NCBI GenBank assembly: GCA_036785375.1
Contig: JAWMAR010000008.1
Location: forward strand, 17,174,001-17,238,000
Direction of reading: 5' to 3'
DNA length: 64,000 nucleotides
DNA from: Leucoraja ocellata
Taxonomy: Eukaryota
In this document: positions 12,411 through 25,395 of the stretch, one piece after another
Layout: each line of letters begins with the position of its first letter
How positions within the stretch are numbered: the first letter of the stretch is position 1
Notes under the pieces: model-generated
Told to the model about the DNA's origin: nothing
The model's database searches: none
The model's input: only the letters and a program-made list of their open reading frames with translations
Translations under genes and position numbers: made by a program

Positions 12411-14029
12411 GGGTGGCACGGTGGTGCAGCAGTAGAGTTGCTGGCCTTACAGCGCCAGTGACCCGGGTTCGATCCTGACTATGGATGCTGTATGTACAGA
12501 GTTCGTACGTTCTCCCCATGACCACATGGGTTTTTTCCGAGATCTTCGGTTTCCTTCCACACTTCAAAGATGTACAGGTTTTTAGACTCATAGGCTTGGT
12601 ATCAATGTAAAATTGTCCCTTGTCAAGTCAAGTCACATTTATTTATATAGCACATTTAAAAAACAACTCTCGTTGGCCAAAGTGCTTTACATTTGTTATA
12701 GGAATAGCACAACAAAACAAACTATATACATGTAGCCCTCACTCAGTGGACGTCAGGAAAGGCTTGGGAGTATAGACAAGTCTTTAGCCTTGACTTAAAA
12801 GAGTCGATGCAGTTCTGATGGGAAAGGGGATGCTGTTCCGCAGTCTAGGGGCTGCAACCGCAAAGGCGCGGTCACCCCTGAGCTTATGCCTAGACCACGG
12901 GATATTCAGCAGCCCCAAGTCGGCCGATCTGAGGGGCCTGGAGGTGGAGTGGTGGGTGAGAAGACTTTTTATATAGGTGGGGGTAAGCCCATTGAGGGCT
13001 TTGTAGACATGGAGGAGAATCTTGAAGTTTATACGAAACCGCACAGGGAGCCAGTGGAGAGAGGCCAGGATCGGGGTGATGTGGTCCCTTTTTCGGGTGC
13101 CCGTCAGGAGTCTCGCTGCAGCGTTTTGGACCAGTTGCAGGCGGGACAGGGAAGATTGGCTGATGCCAGTGTAAAGGGAGTTGCAGTAATCTAGGCGGGA
13201 GGAGATGAATGTGTGGATGATCTTTTCCAGGTCATCAAACTGGAGGATTTTTTATTTATTTTGGCTATCGTCCGAAGCTGAAAGAAGCTAGCTTTTACCA
13301 CGGCATAGACTTGTTTGTCAAATTTCAGTGCTGAGTCAAATATCACGCCAAGGTTTTTGACGTGAGGTTTGAGTAGTGGGGTAAGGCTTCCAAGGCTGCC
13401 TGCTATCATTTTGATTGAGTCCGAGGGGCCGAGAAGGATGACCTCAGACTTACTCTCGTTTAGTTTCAGGAAGTTCTGGGCCATCCAACACTTTATATCC
13501 TCGAGGCAATGGGTAAGGTTAAACAGATTTGATTGGTTTTTGGGCTTCAGGGGGAGATAGAGTTGGGTGTCGTCTGTGTAGCAATGGAAGGAAATGCCGT
13601 GCCTTTCAATGACTTGTCCTATGGGGAGCATATACAGGGAGAAGAGAATGGGGCCAGGGATGAAACCTTGTGGAACCCCACAGCAGAGATTAGCTGGGGA
13701 GGAGAATGAGTTGCCTATGTTAGTCGAGAAACTCCTACCTTTGAGCTAGGAGATGAACCAGCTCAGGGCAGTGCCATCAATACCAACCCCAACCCGGAGA
13801 CGGTCAATTAGGATGGTGTGGTCGACAGTATCAAATGCTGCACTGAGGTCAAGAAGGAGCAGAATTACACAGTCGCCGGAGTCAACGGTGAGCAGTAGAT
13901 CATTGTGTACCTTCAACAAGGCAGACTCTGTGCTATGGTGAGCATGTACATGTAGGATAGTGTTAGTGTGTGGGTATTGCTGGTTGGTGCAAACTCGGTG
14001 TGCCGAAGGGTCTGTTTCCGTGCTGTAAA
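12411..14029 (+). mobile_element. HE1-like SINE interrupted by an L2 LINE
   Basis: tRNA-like head (tggtgcagcagtagag, ggttcgatcc), V-domain; resumes at ~13945; CAATT on both flanks. Confidence 0.8.
12622..13943 (-). mobile_element. L2-clade LINE, 5'-truncated (RT C-terminal half plus 3' tail)
   Basis: HHSTESALLKVHNDLL, GVPQG, FHCYTDDTQLY, ORFs 13191..13631 and 12784..13044; tail tgtaaagcactttg...tgctatataaataaa(gactt)n. Confidence 0.9.
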
Positions 14030-15302
14030 CAATTCACTTACAACCTGCATATCTTTGGAATGTGAGAGGAAACCGGAACACCCGGAGAAGCCCCACGCAT
14101 GTCACGGGGCTTCTGGCGTGGTAGGCAGCAACTCTACCGCTGTACCTCCGTTGAAAAGCATTAGAAAGCAAAGCTTGTATCCCCTGGAATCTAGAATAAA
14201 GTACTTGTTCAAATGTATAAGATTGTGAAGAGCGTCTGTGGAGGGTGTGTTTTCTCTTGTGTGAGAATGCTGAACCAGGAGGTCACTGATTAAAAATAAG
14301 ACATTGCCCATTTCCGAAAAATATGAGTGTTTTTTTTGTCTGAAAGTTGTGAAACTTTCCAAAATGTGGCGGAATAATGGTCATTGAATATATTTTCAGG
14401 TCAGAGGAGAGTGGATTTTTGTTAAGCAGCAAGGTGAAAGGTTACTACAGGTTGTCAGGAATACAGAGGTGAAGCTACAATCAGATTTTCATAGTTCCCT
14501 CCATATCAGCCCCCAGCAGAACAATCCCATTAGCATCTACTTGCACTTGTGAGTTATTAACAGTAGCTTTTTTAACCTGCCAGCACAGGTTTGAGATGTG
14601 GGAGGAAACCGGAGCATCAGGTTGTTCAGGGAGAATGTACAAACTCCACATTGACAGCACCCAAATTCAGGATTGAACTACATGAAAGTCCTGTAGTATT
14701 TGAGGCTTTGCTCGTTATTTTCCTTGGATTGCTCACCTGCCTTGTTACTTCTGATCCGCATCTTCAAGCTTGCAATAATATTTTCCAATCTTATTTTATT
14801 CATAAAATAGTTTTGCTGAAAGGAGCTGGAGAAATTTGCATTTTGCAAAACAAATCATTCTAAAGTGACAAATTTAGAAAACTAAGGCTCTTCTGGATGA
14901 GAAATTTAACTGGCACAAGCATATAAATATTTTGCTGACATTGTAATAATCTCTTGCAAAGATGTGCATTTATTTTTTCTCCCATCAGTAAAGATGTTCT
15001 TCCCCTTTAAAAATGAATTTCTTTATACATTGAAACTAGTTAAAAAATGGGGAGGTATAATTTTAGATCAACTGATTCTCACCAGGCCAATTAATAGTAT
15101 TTTGCACATTTTTGCATATTTAGTCCTGTATTGTCCTATGTAATTAGATAGGAATTGCGAGCTTCCTCTGATGGAAACCTTGAACTCATGCTTTGCTCTA
15201 GTCTTGCGGTGAAATGCCATAATAGTTAAGAAATTAGTCGTATTGGTATTAGTATTGGTAATGATCATCAATCCGTTTCAAGATTACAGAGTTCATTAAA
15301 AG

Positions 15303-15396
15303 TCTGAAGAAGGGTTTCGACCCAAAACGTTTCCTATTTCCTTTGCTCCATAGATGCTGCCTCATCCACTGAGTTTCTCCAGCATTTTTGTTTACC
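15303..15396 (+). mobile_element. Single-arm Penelope terminal element
   Basis: 11-bp TSD TTCATTAAAAG (15292-15302 and 15397-15407); degenerate hammerhead core. Confidence 0.75.
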
Positions 15397-15598
15397 TTCA
15401 TTAAAAGCAGGTATTTGTTGCAAACTCTAAATTGCTTATTAATTATAACGTCCCTGAAAATGAGTAAATACATCATCCATGTCTTGTTTCATCCATTCTT
15501 CCTTTATCTTTGCTATACTCTGCACATTTAATCATGGAGGAAGCCAATGCTTTCTGCGGGAGATATATATAATTACAGACAAGCTATAAAAATTGAGC

Positions 15599-15804
15599 GT
15601 ACACAGAAAAGCTGGAGAAACTCAGCGGGTACAGCAGCATCTATGGAGCGAAGGAAATAGGCAACGTTTCAGTCTGAAGAAGGGTTTCGGCCCGAAACGT
15701 TGCCTATTTCCTTCGCTCCATAGATGCTGCTGCACCCGCTGAGTTTCTCCAGCTTTTTTGTGTAATTCGATTCTCCAGCATCTGCAGTTCCTTCTTAAAC
15801 ACTG
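15599..15804. mobile_element. Palindromic Penelope-derived element with intact hammerhead core (15674-15701, +)
   Basis: ~70-bp near-perfect inverted arms; perfect 14-bp TSD TATAAAAATTGAGC (15585-15598 and 15805-15818). Confidence 0.85.
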
Positions 15805-18689
15805 TATAAAAATTGAGCCTCTGGCTCAAATCTAACAGTCTGATTTAGCTTAGAACATTGCTTAAGATAAACCTCCCCAGCCCATTGAATACTTTTATGA
15901 CTCCATATTGTATGAGATCAGTGGATTTCAAATGGAACTTTGGAAATATAATTTTCTACATTTGTTCTCCTACATTAACTTGGACCTCAGTACCAATGTT
16001 GATGAGAGTCCTGCAAGGTTGCTGGCAATCAATTTGTCCAAGGGTGATTGTATGACATTGTTCTAATGTCCTTCTTGTTTGACTTTGCAAATATGTTTAG
16101 TTATCTGGAAAAGTGCAGTTGAGAAATATTACGTCACACATGAAAACCTTGGATGGGTGAAACCGATGATCCACTGGGATACTTCAGCACAAAATAAATG
16201 GACCAGAATGTATTACAATCAGTCTAATCGAGAAACACTGGAGGATGAAAGAAAATAAATAATGGTTAGATATTCTTGTTCGTAATTTACAGTTACTTGG
16301 CAGCTGATATGAGAGTTTTTGGCAGATATTTGGGTGCTGGTAGAAATAGCTTTAAAGACAAATACAAAAGTACTTTGTTTCCCAATTATGGCACATATAT
16401 TATCGTTTCTCAAAAAATGCAATCTGTACATTTGGCACAGTTATCAAGGTTTTTTAATTGTGCTCCCAATTCCCTTTGTCAGTCTGGTAATATCTATAAC
16501 ATTAGAATTGGAAGATCAAATAATTGACTCACAAAAGAGGTATTTGGAGAACATGCACATTAAGACAGAGAAGTCAAAATATAATTTTGAAAGCGACTAG
16601 TAAGTTTAACCAATGAAGCCAATAGTAGGTCCCGTTCTCCCATAATACAGGAGGCCATTCGGTCTGTCAAGTCTTTGCCAACTTCTCGGCAATTCAGTCA
16701 ATATTTTTTTCCCCCACTTATTTCCCCGTGATCCATTCTTTTCAATTGCCCATCATCTCCACCTTGATTTTCATACCTTCTCGAGGGAAAGTTTACAGTC
16801 ACCCATTAACCTACCAACCCATACATCTTGGTGATGTGGACTGAAACTAGAGCATCTGGAGCAAGCCCACATGGTCATAGGGAGTACAGTCTCCACAGTG
16901 AGAGCATTAATTCCTGGGTTGAACCTTGCTATAGATGCAAGACACCTACTCTGCCTGCTGCACCACTGTGTTGCCTCGCTAGAGGATGGGTATCGTGGCA
17001 TGCATGCTTGGAACAGGGTGCGATGCTAGCAACTACGTTTTGAAAAGGTTGGAATTTGGATGAAGGACGATCAACCAGGTGAAGATTGGAATAAATACAC
17101 ATTTTCAACAGCTGGGTACAAGCTATTGAGGTGCATGTGGAAGACAACATTTTTGAAAAATTAATGCATTTAATGTTTGACCCCTGTTAATCAATGCATT
17201 GGCTTTCTGAATTCAGTGCTAAGGACAAGGATGCATTTATGGCAGCTTAGTGAAAACCTTGTAATGTGTTTACTCCTTGAAATGTTAGATTCTCTGCTTC
17301 CACGAAGATAGTAGGTAAAGAATTACAGAATATTTAATCTCCTGCCGTAAATGGATGGCAATGTATGATGTATTTGGATGGTGTGTAATTGGGATTAGTA
17401 TAGTGATGTTATTTCTTTATTTTTGTGCTTTTTGTCCCCCTCCTCCATTAGTGGTCGAGATTGCTAGAGAGTTTTTAAAGTAATCAGCATTGATGGAATT
17501 CATATAAATTGCCTGCACTTCAACCTGGTATGTTGGTGATCAAGGAGGGTAGAATATAACATAGAACAGTACAGTACAAGAACAGGTCATTTGGCACACA
17601 ATGTCTGTGCCATATATTATGCGAAGACCAACTCTAAACCGCCTGCATGTTCCTCTGTTTGGGGGAAAAGTACTTGCCCTGCACATCTCCTTTAAAGTTT
17701 GCCCCTCGCCTTAAAGCTGTGCCCTCTGGTATTTGATTTTTCCATCCTGGGAGAACGGTCCTGTATTCTCCATCTATGTCTCTCATAATTTTGTATGCAC
17801 GTCTCAGGCCCCCCCCCCCCGCTACCTCCGGTATGAAGATTTCAAAATCGTCTCAGGCAGCCAATTGTTGGTTTCAGAAATGTATCAAGCCTCATCTGTT
17901 TTAACAACTACATCTTTTATGGAATTGGGAAGTATTCCAGCACATTCCCGATGTGAGCAGGGGAAGATCAGTGTGAAGAGCCAGGATTTTGCTGCTTGTT
18001 ACTGAGCACCGAGGCCTTTGCCATATTTTTGATACCACGATATTTATCAGACAGATCTGTTCATGTTTCTGGACATGGGCAATACCCAAGATGCTGATAG
18101 TTAAGAACTTGACAATGGTTATTTTACTCAAAGTCAGCTTGCTGGCCTTTTCTCATTTGACACAGTTGTTATCTGGTGCATTCACGCTGCTGTTATTCAC
18201 AGCTAGTTTTCAGACCCAACCTAAAGGTATTTTATAATTTTAGCATGAATAAGTAACTTTAATCTGTTATGAATTGATCTAGTTTTGTTTTATTATCGAG
18301 GTACAGTGAAAAGCTTTGTGTTACATGCTAACCAGTCAAAGGAAAGACTATGCATGATTACATCGAGTCGTTCACTGTGGACAGATACATGATCAAGGGA
18401 ATAATGATTCTGCTGTTGGAGTAGAGGTTTAAAAGAGTGGAGCGATTGCAATGAGTGATTGTTTACTGGAAATGTCAATCAGAACTTTTCTGCACAACTT
18501 ATGATTTGAGGAAAAGTAATTGATGCTGAAGAATGAAGTTGAAGAATATTGTGTTGACAATGCTTCCTTGAGCAGAAATGCAGCCATTATGGGCTGTGGA
18601 TGCTGGAACCCTGAGCAAAACACAAAGTGCTGGAGGAATTGAGGGTCAGGCGGCATCTGGGAGAGAACAGACAGGAGACAATCTTTTTA

Positions 18690-19423
18690 TGTGTGGGGGG
18701 TGGTGGGGGGAAACTGCTTTTCCAAGTCCCTACCTGGTCGGAGGGGTTGCCTTCCTCCGAGCAGCGTCTTCGACCCGTCCTCGCGGCCTACCAGCGGGTC
18801 CTGGAGCGACGTTTTCCTGAGGGGCCCTGCCCAGAACATCGGCTTTGGTGCCGGCGCAGAACATCGGCTTTGGCGGCGGCGCCGCGCTGGAGCGCTGTTG
18901 TGGAGCGGGCGATGCCTTCCCTGGGTCGCCGCGCTGGAACTCCAGTATGCAGGGACTGCCGAAAACATCATCGGTGAGCCACGGTTCTGCGGAGCGGCCA
19001 GCTGCGACGCTGAACTTTACATCCCGGAGCCTGGGATCTCTCGTCGAGATCGCCAGTGTGTGGAGCTCCGTTCGGCGCGGTCAGTTTGGCTTGGAAGCCG
19101 CGGGCTCCGTCGGGAAGGCGGCCGTTCCTGGCACCTCAAGCCGCTGGGGGTTCTCCCGACGCCGGAGTACCATCACCCGGCGCGAACATCGGGCGCCGTG
19201 GCGGCGACTGTGGAGGCCTCAATAGGCCCGACTTTGGGTCGACAAGAGGATGGGGACTGAACTTTGTGCCTTCCCCCACAGTGGGAATCACTGTGGGGGG
19301 ATGTTTTATGTTTGGTGTTGAATTTCTTCATGAATACTTTGTTGTATTTTTATTAATGTGCTGCAAGGACATCTGAATTTCCCCTGAATAAGGGGATTAA
19401 TAAAGTTTATTCTATTCTATTCT
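18690..19423 (+). mobile_element. GC/CpG-rich non-autonomous retroelement with LINE-type (Rex1/L2-like) tail
   Basis: tail tcccct-gaata-agggga hairpin, AATAAA, (ttcta)n; interrupts an old Penelope arm. Confidence 0.6.
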
Positions 19424-19769
19424 AACATTTTGGATCGGTTTATAAATGTTGAAGTCCTCCCATGGTGAAGATACTGCTATGGGGAGGGAGTTGCAGGAAT
19501 TTGTACCCAGCCTGCCCCCTTGTCCTTGGAGGTAAAGGTCGTGGGTTTGGGAGGTGCTGTCAAGTAACCCAGGCAAACAACTGCTATGCATTTTATAGAT
19601 GGTACAGATTGCAGCCATTGGGTGATGGAGAGAATAAATGATTAGTGTGGTAGATGGGTTGCCAATATTGCAAGGTGCTTGGTCCTGGATGTTATTGAGT
19701 GTTGGAACTGCTCACCTGAGCCAGTATGAGCCAATTTCCTTGAAATTGTACAACCCTGGGAGAACGGTC

Positions 19770-20335
19770 AGTTGTACAAGACGTTGGTGAGGGCACATTT
19801 AGAGTATTGTGTTCAGTTTGGTCACACTGTTATAGGAACTATGTTGTTAAGCTGGAAAGGGAGCAGAGAAGATTTACAAGGATGATGCCAGGACTCGAGG
19901 GCCTGAGCTATATGGAGAGGTTGAGCAGGCTAGGACTCTATTCCTTGGAGCACAGGAGGATGAGGGGTGATCTTATAGAGGTATATACAATAATGGGTGG
20001 AATAGATAGGGTGAATGCACAGTATTTTACCCAGAGGGGAGGCATCAAGAACCAGAGGACATAGGTTGATGGTAAGGGGCAAAGATTTCATAGTAACCTG
20101 AAGGGCAACATTTTAACACAGAGTGGTAGGGATATGGAACAAACTGTTGGAGGTGGTAGTTGAGGCAGGCACTATCGCAAAGTTTAAAAAAACATTTGGA
20201 CAGGTACGTGAAAAGTATAGGTTTAGAGGGATATGGACCAAATGTAGGCAGGTGGGACTAGTGTGGATGGGTCACGTTGGCCCATTTGGGCAAGTTGGCT
20301 GAAAGGCCTATTTTCACGCTGCATGACCCTATGGA
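19770..20335 (+). mobile_element. CR1 LINE 3' fragment
   Basis: ORF 19807..20064 ...LEREQRRFTRMMPGLEGLSYMERLSRLGLYSLEHRRMRGDLIEVY. Confidence 0.9.
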
Positions 20336-20626
20336 ACAATATATTATGTTTTAATTTCATTTGTTCAGTAATTTTACAAGAAAAGCATTTAGTTTATTTG
20401 TTTTTATTCATTTGTTTCTAACAGATTCATTAACTTTGTCTATCTAGTAGTTACAATTAGGGATGCAGACTTCAAATGAACACATTACAATCTGAAGAAG
20501 AGTCCCAACCCGAAACATTACCTCTCCAATTTCTCCACCGATTCTGCCTGACCCACTGAGTTACTTCAACACTTTCTCAAGATTCTTGCATCTGCAGTTC
20601 CTTGTGTCTCTAAATAACATAAGTGT

Positions 20627-20844
20627 GTAGGAAAGAACTGCAGATGCTAGTTTAAATCGAAGGTAGACACAAAATGCTGGAGGAATTCAGCGGGACAGGC
20701 AGCATCTCTGGAGAGAAGGAGTGGGTGACGTTTCAGGTCGAGACCCTTCAGTCTGAAAAAGGGTCTTGACCCGAAAAGTCACCCATTCCTTCTCTCCAGA
20801 GATGCTGCCTGTCCCGCTGAATTACTAACAGTTTGTGTCTACCT
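20627..20844. mobile_element. Palindromic Penelope-derived element
   Basis: inverted arms; TSD TAAATAACATA(A/G)GTGT at 20611-20626 and 20845-20860. Confidence 0.82.
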
Positions 20845-22186
20845 TAAATAACATAGGTGTTCTGTTTGCTGGCATTTGATCTGAATGGATTTAGTTTCAA
20901 TACTAGGAAGAACTTTGTGCTTTCTGCCATGTGACTAATCATGTGCATGCACACTGGGAATATTTATAGTTGGTTGCCAGCTGCTGGTTTTTGGTATTTT
21001 GCCCACTTCTCCGACTGAGGCTTTGCTGCAGGCCATTAATGCTTGTAAACAGAAAAAAATAATGTGCTCCTGCTTTATAAGAATTTTAAACATGACAAAG
21101 TTTCGTAACAAAATTTAATAGTATTCAATTTTGCACTAGAAGGTTATATTTACAGAAAATAAAATGAGCACTTTGTCTTTTAGTTGTTCTTAGTACAAAC
21201 AAATGGAAACAATATTTTCCTATCCATTCCCAAGGCTGAAGCCAAATAGAATTTTTGCTGTTGCAAATTTCACGAATAGAACAAATTGGTGTTCTGGTTA
21301 AATGTTTGAGATTCAAACATTCTGGAATTTAACTTTTAAAATTGTTAGATCATTTTTTATCCTTTCCAGAAGGAGGACTCATTGAGAAACAATAACACAT
21401 TCTCTTTTTTTCCCATTTGCTGATGCTCAAGATTTGGTTGAGGAATATCACCTGCCATAATGCAATCCTGAGTTTCTACTGCTTCTAGCGTCATTTATAA
21501 CCACATTTATTTACAGACTAATAAAGGCAGTGATGTGCAAAGTGGCAGAGATGTGAATGGTTTGCATTTAAACAAATATTTGTGACAAAGACATCAATTT
21601 AATGTTGCACCTTTTAAAATAATTGCATTTTTTAAGCACGCATTTAACATATGGCTGTATCTTCTTGCTCACTCTGTATTTGAGGCGTTCTGCACTATTT
21701 ATTTTGATGCATTAGACAGTTTCTGACAGAACATTTGAACAGAAGAAGTATGTTGTTAGTTTCTTGTTAGAATTCCAGAGAGCACAATGACTGCAAGATT
21801 GGTGTCTCATGTTTTGAATTAAGGGAGGCAGTCTGGGACATACTGCTGGCAAAATTAACAGCTATTATCAATTTGCCTATTCAGCAGCTTGCCTTGCAAA
21901 AATAATTTCATCTAAATGTGCAAGGGCAAGTCCAACTAACACATGTCAGGGCAAATCCTTGTGCAGTATTGTTAGTGGGCCTTAATACAAATACTTATCC
22001 TTTAGATGTTTTTGGAGTTGGCTTGGCAGTACTCGGATGTGGTTTAAAATATTTAATCAACTGAAGTAAGCTACTTTCCCGTGGCATTTGTTCCTCTGCT
22101 GTGTATTCAGGAGTAAGCATTTTCCACCCCTTCAGGGGAAAACTGCTACACATGTCAATAATTACTTTTTTTTTAAATCATTTCAG

Positions 22187-22219
22187 GAGACTCCAAACTC
22201 TGTTCATTTGGTGATGGAG
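22187..22219 (+). CDS. ULK2: ULK2 exon 4: ETPNSVHLVME (gatekeeper Met)
   Basis: tttcag| ... gag|gtaagt, 33 nt; follows an 18.1-kb intron. Confidence 0.95.
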
Positions 22220-23803
22220 GTAAGTGGTGAAAAAAAACTTTAATGGCTAAAGATTTGTAATTGCAGTACAATGTAATAGTCTGCAGTCCGATACAAAATT
22301 TTAGATTTGTCCATACTGCTTCCCTTCCCAAACACATCATCCACAAGGTTGTCTATCTGGTGAGCATAATTATCCACTCAGACATCTTTGCTGCTATATT
22401 AGTTCTGGTCATCCACTTTAGCTAGTCCCATTTTAACTGCACAATTTACATTTTCAGGATTAGCCTGTTAATTAACCAATGTCTGCATTATATACGTAAT
22501 GTGTCATGGCATTTGCAGTAGAGAAAGAAATGGGAAGGAATTCCACCATCACCATTAGTCATCAATGTCTGCTACTTTGCAAGTAAATATTGTTAACAGT
22601 TTCACGTCGGAGAAGGGGCATCACATACGCTTGGACACAGGCCACCTACTTTCTTTCAGGCGGAGTAGAAAATTGAGAGGCTTTTAGTGCTTTGCAAACT
22701 GACACAACTTGATTTTGAAGTAATTCAAAATATATACCATTACATTCAAATCAGCAAGAAAAAAACAATAATTCTAAGGCTATTGCTCATGACGATGGCC
22801 ACAATATGAATTTTGCACATATCAACTGTTTCTTTTTCTTTCATTAGCATGGTCAATGCAAAAACATTTAAGGCATTTCTTAAATCCATTATTATATACA
22901 GCTGCTTTTTAAATCATTCTAGGGAGCTTTTTGTTTGCTTCGACATCTGTAATTCATATAAATATGTCAAATATTATATTCTGTACTTGGAATATTATTT
23001 TATTCCATTGTATTGATACTGATGTTAACTAAAATAGAAAATACTAAAAATACACAACAGGTCAGGCAGCATCAGTGGAGAGAGAAACAGGATCGTTCAT
23101 AAGAACAATTGTGATCTATGGTCATTGATCTAATGGGTTAACTTTCTTATTTTCTCTCCACCCGAGCTGCTGAACTTTGCCAACGTTTTGTTTTTATTTC
23201 TGATTTCCAGCTTATATAGGGATTTGCTTCCAAGTACATTTGAATTAGATAGTATTTTCCAAGGTAATAATAGTGGTATATATTAATGTGAAACATGCAA
23301 TTTCCCATGCTAAAGTGAAGGTGGAGATTTATCTGTAGTCACCTCTGGTGTTCCATTTTACATTCGATACGCCATTCAACCAAGAAATATTATTTGGTCC
23401 AGAACACATAATGCAAAATTACCTATGTGATTTAAAGATAAACAAAGACACAAAATGCTGGAATAACTCAGCAGGTCATGCAACATCTCAGGCGAACACG
23501 ATTAGGTGACGTTTCAGATTGGGACCTAACAAGGGTTCTGACCCAAAAGGTCACTTATTTGTGTTTTCTTTGATAAACCAGCATCTGAAGTTTAAAAATA
23601 TATATTATTTAAATATAATTTCTAGTTAGAATATAGTGATCATTGAAGTTGGGGGGGGGGGGGGGGGGGAATCTATAACTGGTAATTAAATTAAAGGGAA
23701 AACTGTAAATGAAGCAATAATAAAATATATTTTAATTTTAAGTTCGTGAAGAATTGTGGCTTGACTATATAATGTTGCTTTTTGTTTTTAATTTCCCACA
23801 TAG

Positions 23804-23840
23804 TACTGCAATGGTGGTGACCTGGCAGATTATCTGCAAG
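23804..23840 (+). CDS. ULK2: ULK2 exon 5: YCNGGDLADYLQ (hinge)
   Basis: catag| ... caag|gtaagt, 37 nt, phase 0-1. Confidence 0.96.
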
Positions 23841-25221
23841 GTAAGTTAAAACCGTCTTGATTATAAAAGGTGTATGTATTAGTTCCTGTCCCTGTGTGGT
23901 GTTCAAAGAATTCCTGTTCTAAACTGCGATTGGATGATAGCTACTGCTCTCATCAGAATGCAAGTTGTAAATTCAGCATTGCCCTGTTTGTACATTTGTG
24001 TATGTGATGCTGTTTAGAAGTTGATTATTAGAAACTTGAGAAGCTAGGGGATCAGTGACGTTGAAATGTAACGTTTTCCGAGTTAGAGGAAAACCACCTG
24101 ACCAGTTTCCCTTTTACCATTTTGTCGGTAACACTGGGTTCTCTTTATCCTATGGCACAGTTGGTGTCAAGATGCTGCAGCCAGTCTTTTACTTTGAGAG
24201 AAAGCAGAGGTCACCAAAATTGGGAGAATTCAATTTGGGCGATACACCAACTTTCATGTTATGCCAGTTAGGTCCCAACATATGATCAGTAAATTAATCT
24301 GAGTCTGCAGCCTCAAGTGTTAGTTTTACAAATGTGAGACTGGAGAAAAAGTGCCCTAAAAATATAACAGGTTGTAATTGTTGTGACAGTTTTTTTTTGT
24401 TGTGACAGCACTTTTGAGGACTTTTGGGGGATTTTGTTTGCTTTCTTGTCACAATATTGCGAAAATGAATGCCATGATGCGAGAGCATATATATTCTTAA
24501 AGTAATCTTATCGGTTGAAAGAAAGTAACAACAGAGTAAATAAGCCACAGGGCACCATTTTGCCCAATTCGTAAGCTCTAAAGTATCAAATTTTTACTGG
24601 TTTTATCTTCCTTTCACAGCTGATCGCTGTGCCATAAATCAATATTGCATAACTATTAGGACAGGCCATTCGGTCACCAGGACAAATGCATTTTCAGGTT
24701 AAGAAGTTAACCTATAAATCATGCATTATTGTGTTGAGTTAAAGGTGCTGTCTTCACAAATTTATTTACTCTTTGCGATCAGAAACACATGTCCTGCAGA
24801 ATGGGAAATACTTCTTCAGTCTTACCCTGCATTAAGTACACTACTTGTCACAAATTGTGCTAAATGATACATTTACTATGAAAAATCTGAAATGCTGCAA
24901 TCATTGAGCAAGTCATGCTGCACATGTGAAGAGAATAGGAAAGTTAATGTTTCAAATTTGTCCCCATCTTCGAGACAGGTGGTTCGTACTGAAAACATTA
25001 CCTCTGATATTTCCATGGGCGTTGACTGACACGTGTATCGCTTATTTTATTTTTGGATTTGTGATAATTTGAGGTTTTTGCTTTTGAGATTTTTATTTGT
25101 TTCAGCCAGTTTAATATATACACTACTGTAAGTGGCACTGAAGCCATAGTGTCTTCAATAACATATTTTATGAGAACACAGTACCTTATTGTTTGTATTA
25201 AAACTTTTTTATTTCAAACAG

Positions 25222-25395
25222 TCAAAGGAACACTTAGTGAAGACACCATTAGAATCTTCCTCCAGCAGATTGCAGCTGCTATGCGAATACTTCACAACAA
25301 GGGAATAATCCATCGCGATTTGAAACCACAGAATATTCTACTTTCTTACATTAATCGGAAAAAATCTAATTTGAATGGCATTCGTGTCAAAATAG
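25222..25395 (+). CDS. ULK2: ULK2 exon 6: (V)[57 protein letters not shown]; catalytic loop
   Basis: aacag| ... atag|gtaaag, 174 nt, HRDLKPQN motif; inside ORF 25149..25427. Confidence 0.97.

Larger units (their letters stand above)
12168..14152 (-). mobile_element. HE1-like SINE split by nested insertions (12168-12410 and 14035-14152)
   Basis: the two halves join into one minus-strand SINE when the inserts are removed. Confidence 0.75.

Noticed and set aside
12411-12480. tRNA genes at SINE heads (also 32212, 58188)
   Set aside because: They continue directly into the V-SINE body and are SINE promoters.
18691-19260. 189-aa ORF and overlapping ORFs as a nested gene
   Set aside because: Open in several frames because of high GC; no recognisable domain; lies within a repeat with a retroposon tail.
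23651-23669. Poly-G run upstream of exon 5 as a splicing G-quadruplex
   Set aside because: Similar G/C homopolymers occur throughout the window without relation to exons; no specific support.
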